A DNA stretch of 64,000 nt. It comes from Trichosphaerium sp. ATCC 40318 (Eukaryota; Protista; Tubulinea). Of the stretch, positions 37,050 through 50,554 are shown piece after piece. Position 1 is the stretch's first letter; every line of letters begins with the position of its first letter. The translations under genes were made by a program, and so were the position numbers. Under the pieces are notes generated by a model, which had not been told where the DNA came from, made no database searches, and was given only the letters and a program-made list of their open reading frames with translations. Where the stretch lies: NCBI GenBank assembly GCA_038496445.1, contig JALMLS010000256.1, positions 186,001 to 250,000 on the forward strand. The letters are read 5' to 3'.

Positions 37050-39045
37050 TCAAAGTGTATCGAATTCTACATTTGTTGTTTCGCAATCATACAAATCGCT
37101 TCCTAATAATTCCATCTTCTCAATCACTTCTTCTGTAACCTTTTCATTCATTTCTTCTTTAAACGTTGTGACTGTAACATTATACTGTTTCTTTGTTACT
37201 TTAGCTTTCCACATGGCAACAACTCTTCCTTTTACAAGTATAACAGGGTGTACAATAGCGTTTTTTGTCCTAAATAAAACAAAGTAAATAAAGGTCACAA
37301 GAAAAACTAACAAGTTAAAATCTGTTGCAAAAAATGACAACACAAGGCAGAAGAAAGTGCTTTTAAACAGGCTATAAGAAAAAGGAGTTGCCATTTCTGA
37401 TTGCTAGAATAGACATATCACTTATTGATTGGCACGTACATCGTTCTTCTGAGAAAAAAAAGCAAAGGAAAAGAAAACTCACCAGATTGTCCGCCTGTAA
37501 GCTTCATCAATAAACCACAGCTTACTCTTATGCGCTAACACTGTCGCATCAAAATGTCCTAGTACAATAACAGGCCAATCTTTTCTTGGTGGAATAGATT
37601 CATTATCATCTACTGAACCAGGTGCAACATACATTGACTCACCACAAGAAGATACCTACAAGAAAGTTTACTACAAAGAAATACTCTTCTCGAAACATTT
37701 TAAAACATACTTGTTGTAGGTCATCCTCAACTAATGAAAACCATCTCTTCGTGTTTGTTAGTGTCGTCCCTCTCCAGTAAGCAAAATCATGAAGTGTAGC
37801 AGGTCCATAAGCATCGAAATACCTCTTCAGAATTTCGCTATTGGCTGTATCATAATCTACCGGTTTCCAAGATAATGATGGCTTCCACTTCCCACGTGAA
37901 GTGTACAAAGTACCTAATTAATATCTCAATTATTAACACTAAGCTAATACTTCCTAACAATACCTTTTTTTGTGCCAGAATAGCAAGCTTGACCAGTCAT
38001 GAGGAGCTCCATAACAAACCGGCCTAGCAAAAAATCACGATTGCTCTGGTTCACTGCACAGGTTCTTGTGTTTGTGGCTGTCCAAAAAAAAGACGTACGC
38101 CAAGCAGGAAACAACTTTTTATTGAATCCATACCCTTCAGCTTGGGCTACACCCTTTGAAATACTGTCACATTCCTCCAACTTATTCTTAAGTACTAACA
38201 TATTTTCATCAAATTCTTCTTCAGTACAGTTCCTTAATAATGTCAAATTATGCGCTCAAATGCTTATCATTTCTTATAAGTTTTCGCTACTTTAGAAGCA
38301 TCTTCGAAAAGAAAAAAAAATCACGTGGACAACACAAAAAAGGCAAGTGTAAAAAGGAGAAAATTGTTACGATTATCTATTGATAACGAGTTGAGGTACT
38401 TCTGAAAAAAGGGAACTGTTGCATTATGTACCATTTCTTCGGTACTTGTTCTCTTTGGCTGGCATCTGCTGTAAATGCGCTAGAATGTAAACACCAATCA
38501 TTAATGTCCTTTACAAAAAGTCACAAAGGTGTTTGTTCAAACTGTGGCTTTTAGCGTACATAAACATGCCAAGTACCCCTTTGACCCCATAGCCTCACCT
38601 ACAGGTAATGTTATGACACTCAACTAGAGTACGAGAAACATCGTCATTCCGCGTTTTAAACTTGCCAGAGTTTTGTTCGATAATAACTCGTCAGAGTACT
38701 CAGACATTGTTAGTCTACGCTCACATCTAACGAAAGAGGCAATAGGTTAAGCATTTATGAATTGACCCTTTTCCAACATTATAATCACCCAAAACGTATG
38801 AAAACGCTTACCTGTAGTCCAAAAAGCTTCTTAGAACATTCTTCCCAAGTTTTGTACTTTTTTAGAAGCCCAGTGTTACGTAGACGAAGCCAAGCTACTT
38901 GATCGCGTGATACCTGTATAAACGTTACTTTCAACGGCGATTTTAGCTTTAACTGGGAAAAGCTAACCTCAATTATACCAGAAGTACGCTTAACACGCTT
39001 AGTTTTATCTGATCTCCCGTTTCGTGTAATCTTACGCTTTGACAT
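37050..39045 (-). CDS. AlkZ/YcaQ-like winged-helix (HTH_42) DNA glycosylase
   Basis: LFGLQ|GQ, LWGQRGTWHVY, RYFDAYGPATLHDFAYWRG, LGHFDATVLAH, HPVILVKGRVVAMWK; several spliceosomal introns. Confidence 0.85.
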
Positions 39046-39239
39046 GTGTTCACAACTGATAAAATGAAAAAAATGAACAAATGCCTTTGCGAAAACTTGC
39101 CAACTTTTCAGTAAACTCAAAATTATTGACTTCATGTGTGAACGTCTTGTTCATACAACTTTGTCAATGAGTGTCTATCTATTTCTTACCGCAACTACAC
39201 CTAGGAGCACTATAGCTTACTATAATACATGAATACCCT

Positions 39240-39400
39240 TTAGTGCTAACTCGCTTTCTTTCTTATTCTTTGGTTGTCGGTTTCTGTACCAGAGTTGGTG
39301 TCATACCACCATCTTGTACCCTCCGTCAAGCTTACCATCGCATGATAATATTTGTCATATCATTGATCACTGTTACCAGCTCTTGTATTCTCCATGTCTA
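39240..39400 (-). pseudogene. MORN-repeat relic
   Basis: Reverse strand reads HGEYKSW* and DGKLDGGYK..WYD, with frameshifts. Confidence 0.5.
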
Positions 39401-39432
39401 CAAGAAACAAGGATTTTTGGAACAGACAAGTT

Positions 39433-41762
39433 CATTCAAAAAAAGATCCAATAGTAAATAATATGGCTCCTAACAAGTGTTGCCCATTCTATAATTGACG
39501 AATAGGACCAAAGTACACACCACTGAAGGTATAAAAAAATAAGGCTTTCACCAGAGTACCTCAACAGTCAGCTGTCACTAAAGTACTTGTATTTTTCGCA
39601 TTTACTTTGAAGCAAAATAAATTTGTAGACTGAAACAAACATGGCGTCCACAGTTCGGCATCACCTCAATTAAAACTCACATTCATATTGATTACTAGGT
39701 ATACAAAAAGGGAGCAAGAAACTCTTGTTGCAAAGGATTTTCTTCTTGCAGCAAAATTTTTTTTTTGTTTTTTTTTTTGTTTTTTTTTTTGTTTTTTTTT
39801 TTGTTTTTTTTTTTTTTACATTCTTGGGCTTCCGCCTTCGAATGCCATTTTTGCTAGATCAATGTCATAGCTGGATATCATTACGATATTTGATACGCCT
39901 GTAGGTGGGTAGTAGAGATCTTCTACCTGTGGGTCCCAAGTCAGAGCGTATGTGTAGTTTGGTCTGGTGTGAACCAGGATGCTTTTAGGGACTGTGACCG
40001 TGACTTTAATCACTAATGGTCTGCCCAGGAGAGAATTGTATTTTTTACGAGCGTACTTTCGCACTGCTCGGAGTAGTCTTGACATGTCAAGCAGAAGTAT
40101 AGATATTGTAGTTGTAGTATTCGTATGCTTCCACTAGACAAAAAAATCGATTTTGCTTTTAACCAAGTAATTTCTTGTTGCAAAAAAATTGTGGTTTTGC
40201 TACGGTTTTTGAGAAAACCGGTTCAATGCGTTGTACATGGTAATTGAAGCATAACAAGTCCAATCGATGGTTGATAAGGGGATTTCTATGTTGGGTTTTA
40301 AGATATGGAGTTATGAAGTAAATCGGGATTGTAATGTTGAGAAACAAATGTGAAAAAAAGTGAAATTCGAAAAGAGAAATAAATGTAATTTACACCGGTT
40401 TCTACGTTCCCGTATGGTATCTTCCAGGCGTATTTTGATACTCATCTATATTTAACAGTCAATACAAAATCGTTTGAATCTGAAGAACCAAGAACTTTGC
40501 GTAATCAACCTTTATTTACTAGTGGTACGTTATTGATGTTAAAATAAGATGTTTCCGTGTTGTTTTGATCCAAAACAAGGTTGATCTTTCTGTTGTAGCT
40601 TCCCTCAAGCTCTTGTCGCTCAAAATATCCCTCGATTTTATAACGTAAACAAATCATAGCGTCGGTGACGGTTTGAACATGTAACGTGCCTTTTCGGTTT
40701 CAAAAAAACGTGATCGTACCGTTACCGATATTCTGCTGATTTTTGCTCTCAAACAAGCTTGTATGTAATGTGAGAGATAGCCGTATAAACTGTAACCTTG
40801 TTGGCGCTCTTTCAGTTCAAAATAGGATTTTTCTTTTCTTTTGTCGACTCTGACGCATTAACAAGAGCCACAATGCGTACTTCTTAGATTCACGATACTT
40901 TAAAGCTCTTGCAAGCTGTTTCTGCACCAACAACAGTGATCACTGTTGAAAACGCGTAAGCACGGCTCATCAGCTTGTTGTGATCATAGAATATACAGCT
41001 ACAATCGACAGACTTGCCATTCGATCGAATTCGAGGACTTTTACAGACTTTTCAAGAGATACGTTTATGTGCGTACCAATATTTAGAAGACACGACATTA
41101 CCAATTCTACAGAAACCAGAACCATAAAGCAGACAAAACATTTTCTCCGTACTTTGAATGCCGAAAGAGTTATACTGTGTAGCTTTTAATTTCCATTTTC
41201 GTACTTTTAGAAACATTGTTTACTAAAATAGTATGGCAGATACAAAGCGTCATTGTACCCTTCAAAATTACCTACGGCGTTAGTGTATAGCGGCAACGTA
41301 CAAACTTCTGTTTTTATCACACTAAATCAAACTTTGATTAAATCACGTTTTAGCAACCGAAATACGCCCGAATATGCCGGAAACATCAAGATGCTGACCT
41401 CAGAACTGTATTTTATATATTTAACATGTTTCTTGAGCGATTAATGCGCTACTGTGTAAACAGCGTTCTGACTTTTGTTTGTGTGAAGTTCTTAGCTTTG
41501 TTTTGCTTTTTTCCCCAACAGACTTAAATAAACTAAAAATGCAACTTCAATTCGATTCTTAACACGCTGCCACGTTAACCAGTAAAAGGGCATTGCTCTT
41601 AAGGATGGATTCATTGTTGTTTGCGTTTATCAACATTTCTCCTTGTACTCTACATCGTAAATTATCGGCTCCAAACTGCACAGTATATACGTACGTAGCC
41701 ATTAATATCTAAAACAAAATACAAGACGCAACTCTTCCTCTCAAAAATGCCTTTTCGATCAT
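39433..41762. repeat. Left arm of inverted duplication 2 (partner 53569-55570)
   Basis: 39460-40960 matches the reverse complement of 54050-55545; 41516-41762 matches the reverse complement of 53569-53808. Confidence 0.92.
39816..40085 (-). CDS. Intronless 89-aa orphan ORF, copy 1, followed by an A-rich tail
   Basis: ORF intact in both copies (by eye 1 amino-acid change and 2 synonymous changes); GC-richer than the flanks. Confidence 0.55.
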   Translation of the reverse strand: MSRLLRAVRKYARKKYNSLLGRPLVIKVTVTVPKSILVHTRPNYTYALTWDPQVEDLYYPPTGVSNIVMISSYDIDLAKMAFEGGSPRM

Positions 41763-42259
41763 CTCTCAACAACAAAACGAAACAACCTGCCTCCCAAAGC
41801 CTTTCTGAATTTGCGTGTAAAGGATTGAAGCATAAAACTGTTCTCATGGTTCTAAAATCTACGGTGATACAGCTCGACGCCTTGCATCAAGCAGGATATG
41901 GCTACATGCGCATCAACGGACAAAACATAAAAGTCCACAGGAAAGAACACTGCCTGATGCTCACTGGTTCGCGAAACAACGACAAAAATACTGGCTACGG
42001 CTCCTTATCACTTGAAGATACAAAAACTCACGATATTCACCAACTCGGATGCTTGGCAACCTGGCTTGCACTTGGAGGTGAATTTGATATTGTACAAACC
42101 ATGGACAAGCAACAACAGCTTCATTCTCTAAAAAAAACTTCTGCTTCAACCACATTGATTAACTTTGTATCTACGTGCTTCAATGCAACCACGACAACGC
42201 GAAACCTTTTAGACAAACTTGAAACTGTACAAGTAAGAAAGTTAAAGAGTAAAAAATAG
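41747..42259 (+). pseudogene. Degenerate kinase C-lobe related to the kinase at 597-1897
   Basis: MPF...VLKSTVIQLDALHQAG, DIHQLGCLATWLALGG and LINFVSTC align with MPF...ILKNTLRAIDKLHQSG, DIVALG.MAIQLAIGG and VCQFVENC. HxD and DFG are lost. Confidence 0.6.
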
Positions 42260-42769
42260 ATTTATGTAAACCTTGTTGTTCAATCTCTTTTTCATCATTT
42301 TCACTATGTTGTTCCCATCCGAGTATAATTGGTTTGGTACTACAATATTTAAAACTTCCATAGTTCTAACTGTGTACGTTTTAACTTGAGTTCGTTGTTC
42401 TAGTTATTTTAAAACAGCTGTGCAATAATAAAACGTGTCTTCGCTGGCTCTTCAAATGTGAGCTCATCTCAGGATACACCTTCGACAATGCCGCCACCTC
42501 AGCTGTGACTTTGAATAAAAGAGGTAGGTTAAGGCCAGCAATGCTCTATTACACTGATTCTTAGTTTATCATTCTCCCAAATTGCAAGCTATGCTTTGTA
42601 TTGTCCAAAAGGTCACAATCACGTGATTTTTCCAAAAGCCATAAATTAATTCGTTTATTTTTTCCATACAGCAGTCTAGCCTTGGGTTTTTTTCTCTCGA
42701 GTAGTTGTATCGAGAGAAAAAAAATAAACACCAAGTTATTTTTTATCCAAAAAAAAATTGCACTTTTTC

Positions 42770-45700
42770 TTAGAGTGCTACTTCCTTCTCAATGCGTTCA
42801 TGTGTTTTGTTATTCTTTAGTGTAGTAGGATGAACAAAAGCCAATGGAATTGTTACAGACTAATAGTAGAATAAGCAAAGCAAGTAAGAACGAAAAAGAG
42901 AATTTCTACGTACTTGCTTATGTTGATGAACAAGTGCAAGTTTAGTGCCTTTAAGCTCTATGAAGTGATGTACACGTATATATTTACCACCCTGTTGAGT
43001 AGTAATAGTTTGTTGGTTATATTTACGTGGTAACGTAATATTATAATCCTTCTCAAACCTAAAACAAACCATGTAAGAAAAACGTTTAAAAACTCAAAAA
43101 AAAAAAAACAATCGCGTGAACTACGCAATTAACTTACGTTGTATCTGGATTACAAACATTATGCAAAGACCTCTTAGCGAGAATACGTTCTGCGACATGA
43201 GGATGCTTAGACTATAGAAAAGTAAGCAAGTCAACAAAAAAGCTTCGGAACTTGTATGTTTCCAAAAAAAAAGCCTAAAACAAACTGTGCTAGCCCAAAG
43301 GCCATCGGCGTACCTGATCATCATAAATCAATATCTGCTCTTTTACGGATATCTTTACTTTACCCAATACATGAGACGAGTGATTAACAATACGCTAAAA
43401 GCAATGTTTTAGAATAAATTGTTCTAAAGTTTTTTTTTCCCTTTGAGGAGTACCAGCGATAAGCGTATCTTATCTCCAAGTGCTACAATCCAGCGATTTA
43501 CTCTTGCTTCTAATTTAATATGGTGTGCTCTAGATTCTCTAAAGCACTTATCCTTTGCAGCAGGACCACCATGATGATTAAATGGTGTTACAACTTTAAT
43601 TGGTAGACCTTAAAAACGGTAAGCAAAGCGAAAGTCAAAAGAGACAAAAATAGGCAAGATTTCAATTGTGTGTTGGTCTTGTTTACGTCTAAATTAACCC
43701 AAGAAGGCTCTTGAGACACAAAAAAAACGGTTTTTTGATTACTTTCATGAATGCGTTTAATACGTACTGAAAACATTCTTGCTACCATCATCTATAGCTG
43801 CAACAAGTACATATCTGGTAAAACCATACTCGCTTGAGTAATTAGGAGGTATTTTCTCTGGTATATCAATAGAGAATGGCCAAGATTTTTTACCGTTAGG
43901 TCCACCAATACTCTACAAAATATGTTAAACCAAGGTACTATCGAGTACCTAAACGTAAAGATACATGAAGAAGAGTTGCTTACTTTTGATTTTTTGCTAA
44001 TCTTCTCAAGCACTTTTACTGTATTTACAATAGTGCGTTGTGCTGATACGATCTTGGTGGAGTTAATTTCTTTTCCTGAAGTGCCGTTGACGTATTCCTT
44101 GTAACAAAAAATTAGTTTCGGACATTAAGGCATAGTTTTGACATAAGTGATTGTTAAATAGATAAAATCTGAGGGTTTTTTGGCGTGATAAATGCGTACT
44201 TCGCCTTGGAAACGTATAGTAACCGCTTTGAAGAATTTTGTAGGCAACTGAGAGTTAAATACAACTTTTCCCTCAAGTTTTGAACCAGCGAACGTTAGAT
44301 CAGAATTTATCTTTACGACTAGGTGAGGAATTAATCTACAAAAAGGTTAGACCTCATTTTAAATACCAAGTAAACAGCTTGACACTACACGCATTACCTC
44401 ACACGAGAATTCTTATCCAAAGGATCACCAGTAGGTTGTAACCTTGAATTAGGAACCCACTTTGCTCTTATTTTAATTTGAACGTTTGTATTAGGCACCT
44501 AGGGAGTTTTAGTGCTTTGATTGCCTCAAAAATAGTATAGATAACCACATACCCGTGTCCAGAGGACCTTACGTTCATCTGGTTTCATACTCTGTATATT
44601 AAACGCAACAGAACCTACATGAGTGCCAGTATCCTCCTAAACACCCAATCAACACCAAAATAAATAACACCACAATCCTCTACCTCAATTCTGAGTGCGC
44701 AACGCTCTACTTCCTTGTCTTCAAAGTAAAGTTGGAATCTACATCCCCATTTTGGCTCTGCAGTTTCTGCAGAGGTTGTGAACGCCATTCCTTCATCTTC
44801 TTTGTTCTTAATGAAAACCTATAGCACAAAAATTAACAACGTCAAATGCAAAAGTAAAGAGAAAAAACCAAAACACATTTTGGACCATCCTTGATATTTA
44901 CCTTGACACGATGTAATGACAGACCATTTAAGTTCTTTGCTTCAATGACATCAAGTTTTAGAATACCTAATGAAACGTAAATAAACAACTCAGCCAGCAT
45001 TTAATTAAAAGGGCAAGAAATCAATAATAAAAAACAAATAAATAAGCGCTTTTTCGTATGTACCATTTTTCGCTCTCAAATCAGCCTTTGTAGCTTTAGA
45101 TTGCGTCTTTGTCTTGCTTTCTTTGTCTCCTGTACTACGACTACTCTTTGCTCTCTTTTCCTTCTCTTTACTCCTAGTCTTTCCTTCTTTTGACCTGCTC
45201 TCCCTTGTTGAAGCTCTTGGTGCTTTTACTTCGCCACTCGTGTTTAAGTTTGTATTGTTTCCTGTACTTCCTGTATTTCCGACGAGCTCATTTGTCAATA
45301 CTAGGTGACCAAATTGATCTATCAAAGGAGCTTGACCAAGGTTCACAGAAATCGAGTGAGCACGCTCTCTACCTCCATCAACAGGCGCAAGAGTGTCAAA
45401 ATAGCCAACGTCGAATGGATTACTTTGAGATCCGAGAGGAGCGTTATATCCGCTTGCTTGTTGTCCTCTTGCGCTAGTATTTAGTCCTCTTGGTGTTGTA
45501 GGAGCCTTTTAACAAGATTAGAGAGATTTAAGGTAATTTAAAAACAGCTACAATTTGCTTATTTTGTACTGTAAGTAGCGTACCGAGCGATATGAGTCTG
45601 TGGTTATAACGTTATATTGTAAAAAGGGGTTGTTAATAATAGTTGGGTCTTGTTGTGTTGAAAGATTAATTGACATTGAGGAGCTTGGAGACAAAGAATC

Positions 45701-46110
45701 TGTGGTATCGATGATATTGCCACCAGTGACAAAGGTTGGTTTACTGTTCTCATCTCGTGGGGAAGTTATCTGTACAGGTTGAAACTCCGTTAGGTTACCA
45801 GGCTGCTCTATTGCTACCAACAGGCTTGGTTGCTATATTGCGTACGTTAACTCGCGAAAAACTAAAGTACTAATTTGCCACCAAAAACGAGAATAACGTG
45901 CTGTGATTGCTTGCGTACCCTTTGTCTTTTCTGCACTCTGTGTTTAGTTGGGGTACTAGTTTGTGGTGGATGATAGTACTCATCTGTTGCTGTTGGTTGT
46001 ACTACTTCGCCATTCTCTGCTTTGTAAATATCAAACGCGTTAAACGATAATGAGTTGTTTAGGCTGATATTGTCCGTAAAAGGGTTATCTAACGATGTCG
46101 TAGCTGCCAT
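42770..46110 (-). CDS. C2 + arrestin-domain protein with long low-complexity N-terminus
   Basis: GILKLDVIEAKNL...AEPKWGCRF (C2); FAGSKLEGKVVFN...VTIRFQGE (arrestin-N); YIRVHHFIEL (arrestin-C). Confidence 0.72.
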
Positions 46111-46409
46111 TATGTACACCAGAGCGCTGCAGTGGTATTATTAAGTCTGCTTGCCTAAAAAAACTGGACGAAAATGTTTTTCTGGTGTATTGTTTTTCCG
46201 CTATATCAACAAGCACCTACAGCTGACGCTAACTTGCATGCTTTCAAGCACTGTTCAAGTGTATTTCCTTGTTTGATAAAACGCCGTAAACCTCCGCAAA
46301 GCCATAGATCGTTAGGAATCGCAGTATTACAACGTATTAAAAATACGTATTAAAGTTTATTAGATATACACAAGTGTTAATTAGGTAACAGGCATTGTTA
46401 CGCTCGCAT

Positions 46410-49400
46410 TCAAGCTGGAAGGCTAGAGGAGGTTAAAAGAAGGTCTTGCTTTTCATTGTCCTTCAATTGGCCGTATTTTTTCTTCCACTGCGATTTCTCG
46501 TTCTCTAGTTGTGCTAGTTGCGCCTCAGCACTACAAAATCCGCATTAGCGACAATTTGGAAGTGATTGGAATCGAGAATTCAGACAAAAACAACACGTAC
46601 TATTGCAATTTCGTCTCTAAGTGGTCTAAAACCTGTTCCAAGTCTTCTCCTTCTCCTTTACCAGATTTAAGAGTTGTATCTTCAGGAACTCCTCCGGCAA
46701 CACCACTAGAGTAAGCCCTGGATGTATTGACTACGCGAACATGTTAGCGCGTAAATAGCAGAAAATGTCAACTTTTTTTGGGTTGAAAAAAATTTTTACG
46801 ACACGTGCCATCAACGATTGTTTGTTTTGCGTTTGAGTTTGTTCTGACTTTTCCTCCTTTCTTTTTATTACGTGGACGATGTCGTTGAGGAGGCAGAATC
46901 TCTCTTCCACCAGTAGAAGATCCCTTTGACCCTGTAGATCCTGCTGACTCCGTTCCTTTCCTTACTGCGTGTAATAAGAGTAATTTTTGAGCGAATAGAG
47001 CAATAATTGTTAACACTAAAAGGAGATGTTAGCAAACAGTTGATATTTTTCATTGAATAGGAGAAGAAATCTTTGTTAGGCGTACCAGCTCCAAAAATTA
47101 CAGCAAGAGAAACTAACGTGTATGAAATGAGACTTATTTCTCTTCCTCTGTCTTGAAGAGAAAGCAAAAGTACGTAGATTACAATAGTAAAGAGGGCGAC
47201 ATTGTATATTGAAAAAGCGATAACTTTGGACTCATCAAGGACTTGGAACTTAATCTTACGTACACGCCACGCAAGAATTGCGCCAAAGCAAAGGATACCG
47301 AGCTAATAATAAAGTTATTTTGAATAATACGTTTTTAGATAATAAAAGAAAATCACGTGTGAGGAAGGAGCGCATTGTTCAACTTTAGATTTTTTTTGTT
47401 GGGCGTACTTTTTCGATTGCTAAGATTATCAGGAAAGCTAGCCCTGATCCTGGGTTTGCTTCGCATTTATTGTAAGCGATAGATAAGTCATAATCATCGT
47501 CGAATACAATTGTCTTGCTAGGCCTAGCAACAATACTATTCAAGGAAACTATAATTAGATCACCAAGAAGCATCAAGCCAACAATAATAAGCAAGAAAGT
47601 ATCACTACAAACATTAGGTTACTGTCAGTTTTCTTTCGGGGTTTGCAATGGCAATACGTACCTCACATTCACACGAACTAGTTCTTTCGAAGCTCTCATG
47701 ATGAGCACTATACGGAGGGATTTGGCGAAAAGTGGTCTAGAGGTTTTATGAGTTTTTTTTTTTTTGTTTGTTTGAGGTAGGTACCCGAAGAGCACCACAA
47801 ATCCTATATTTTGTGTGAACACTGCGAAGTGGCATGTGAAGTCATTCATAAATCCAGGAGACCAGAAAAAGTTGGTGGAACTGTATAGAATAAGAATCAC
47901 AAAAAGCTGAAAGAATATAAATGTGTACAGAAAAATTATAGCTCCTGTTGCTACGAGGATTAGAAACACTGGTGATGACCATTTGACAACCTATGGTTTT
48001 TAGAGGGTAGTCACAGAATGAATAGGAAATAACAAGATTATACCTGTGTATCACGGAAGGCTATAACGAAACCAATAAAAGAAAGGCAAATTACAATTGA
48101 TATGATTGTGAGAACCATTATAATGATTTCAACAAGAAGACCTGCATAGGTGTTATTTTTTTCGCTCACGTGATTTGAGATATTGAGATATTTTGGTACA
48201 ACGTACCCCAGTCCAAATTTAGGTTTCTGTTAGCCCATGGGGTTACTGGGTATACAATTGCTGAGTTGGCGGCTAAACAGTTGTTAAATATTGTTAATTG
48301 TCACCGTGGTGTCACATACCCGCAAGCGGTCCAATTATTTTTACAGGTGGTCCAGTTTCTCTCGCTGATGTATTTTGAAGCTGTGAAAGAACATTGAGCA
48401 AAAATTGGTCGTACAGGAGAGTACACAAAGACATATTTTGATCTACTAAAAGAGAATAGTTTTTTTTTTTCAAAAATTAAATCTCACCTGCATGAAATAA
48501 GGACTTCTTCTTTGGGTATGATCAATATCCCAACCGTAAATACCATTAAATGTCCTACATAATTATCAAAACGAAGAAAAACTTGAGGAAGCGAGATATG
48601 CGGTGTAAATTTGGTACAACACCATTATTTTCATAACAAACTGAAACAATAAAAAAAGAAAAAAAAAGTTCGTCGCTATGGCGTCATATAAGAGCTCCAC
48701 GTACGAAAAGTCAGATCTTAGAACTGTTGATGCGATGTCACTACCAGTATCCGATCTCTTGCTGATTTCCTACAGCAAATACAATGTCAACAAATGGCAA
48801 GAAAAAAAAATCCACTAAAACCAAAAAAGTCCAGAAAATCTGTTCAAACGCACCTGTATTGTCTTTATAACAAATCCAATACCAAGAAAGGTATTAAGTG
48901 TTATCTCGTCAAAAGGGATATCGTATTTCTTTTCAAATTCTCCCTCAAAGCGATCAACAATCAGCTGATAATTAGCGAAGAATATTTCTCCAGCAGGGAA
49001 CATGACACCTGCTCTAAATCGTACAACACCGGTGTGCAGGTTAACTAAGAAACGAACAATACTACTTAGCAAACACCGGAACAACAACGGAACGCATAGG
49101 CGTGTCCGTAGCTCTAAAATATACGTACACAAAGGAATATCATTTTCCCCTTCTATTTCGTCCATATCGTGGTGTACAACAAGTTTAGGTGTCCTTTAAA
49201 CAATACAATCAATCTCTTTATTTTCAGAAAAAAAGAAAAAAAAAGAAACCCTTCAACACGTGTCCGTACCAGTCCAAGTCACGCATTGCATTCACTATAC
49301 ATGAAATGTCATCTCCTGATGCGAATATAAATAGGGCATCAAGATTGTTATTGGTCTGTGAGAATGTTAGAAAATAATAAAAAAGAGAAAGAAAATTCTT

Positions 49401-50554
49401 TAAAAAACCAAGCTAGTGCGGTTGCAACGTGTCTGTACCTTTTGAGCTTCTCTAATACTTGCTTCGCATGCGGACTTATCACCTGGTAGAAATACGTAAC
49501 TAGTAGCTGTAGCGGCTCCAAAGTCTGGAAGTAGTTTGTTCAAACTCTGCAGGTAAAGTAAGTGTGAATTAATTTTTTTTTTTGAAGAGCCAAAGAAGTT
49601 AAAACTTACATCTATCTTTGACTTGAAGTCTTCTGTGTCCTCGTAGATGACAAAAACAGATGATACATTGTTTATACGAAAATAAGGAAGCACTTCGTCC
49701 CAGTAACTAAAAGAATAAGGGCAGGAATGTAGAAAACAGTCTCATAGAAAAGTGTATTGAGTTCAAAGAGCGTCAAGAAAAATTGCGTACTGATCGTCAG
49801 CCAACGCCATAGGTATGACATTATCTGTAGAATTCCATATATTAGGATCATCAGCACCGGGGTTAATCTTATAATGAAGTAAGAGTGGAGAAATTTCAAT
49901 TATACGGCAAGTACTACCTATTATTTTTCTGGTTCAAAAAAGACAAAAAACAATCTTAATTTAGAAACAGATCTCCTAATAACGTACCCTGAAACATTCA
50001 GTCTTATTAACTGCCGCTGAAATACTTTTAGAATACTCATTAACTGCATCTTCTATAAAAAACATATAGTCTTCAGTTGATTCAAGCGATACCATATCAT
50101 TGTTACACCAAGACACGTAGTCCTATTTTCTATTATTACGACAAAAAAAAAAAAAAAAAGTTCTGCAGGTTTTTTTTGACGAAGTGCTTGGATACTTTAC
50201 TACTAAAAAGCACGTGATTTATACTCCATATTATGTATAATCACGTGACGTTTGATTTTAGAACGTGATTAAAAGACGTACTGATACTTTTGATGCTTCG
50301 TCTTCAGATGTATTTAAAATAGCGTTTATCGTGTATGTCTTGTTTGAAATAACGATTGTGCCATACTCCTGCTCGCTCCAGTATTTGTAAAATAAAATAC
50401 CATTAGCGATAGACTCTGCTTGAGATTTATATTCTACTGATGCCAAGTCAAGCGAAGCAGCTATAGTTATTGTAGGTTGACTTGCTGTTATCTGACAAAA
50501 CGATAATAAGATTATTACCGCTAGGTAAAATAACATACAAGAGCTTCTGTACAT
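46410..50554 (-). CDS. Class C (GABA-B/Grl-like) GPCR, paralog 2
   Basis: Signal peptide MYRSSCMLFYLAVIILL, ectodomain, GFVVLFG|PLFAKSLRI, RKIKFQVLDESKVIAFSIYN, coiled-coil-like tail. Confidence 0.82.

Noticed and set aside
40159-40347. 62-aa ORF duplicated at 54664
   Set aside because: Non-ATG start, and the differences between copies are concentrated and non-synonymous; probably upstream non-coding sequence of ORF89.
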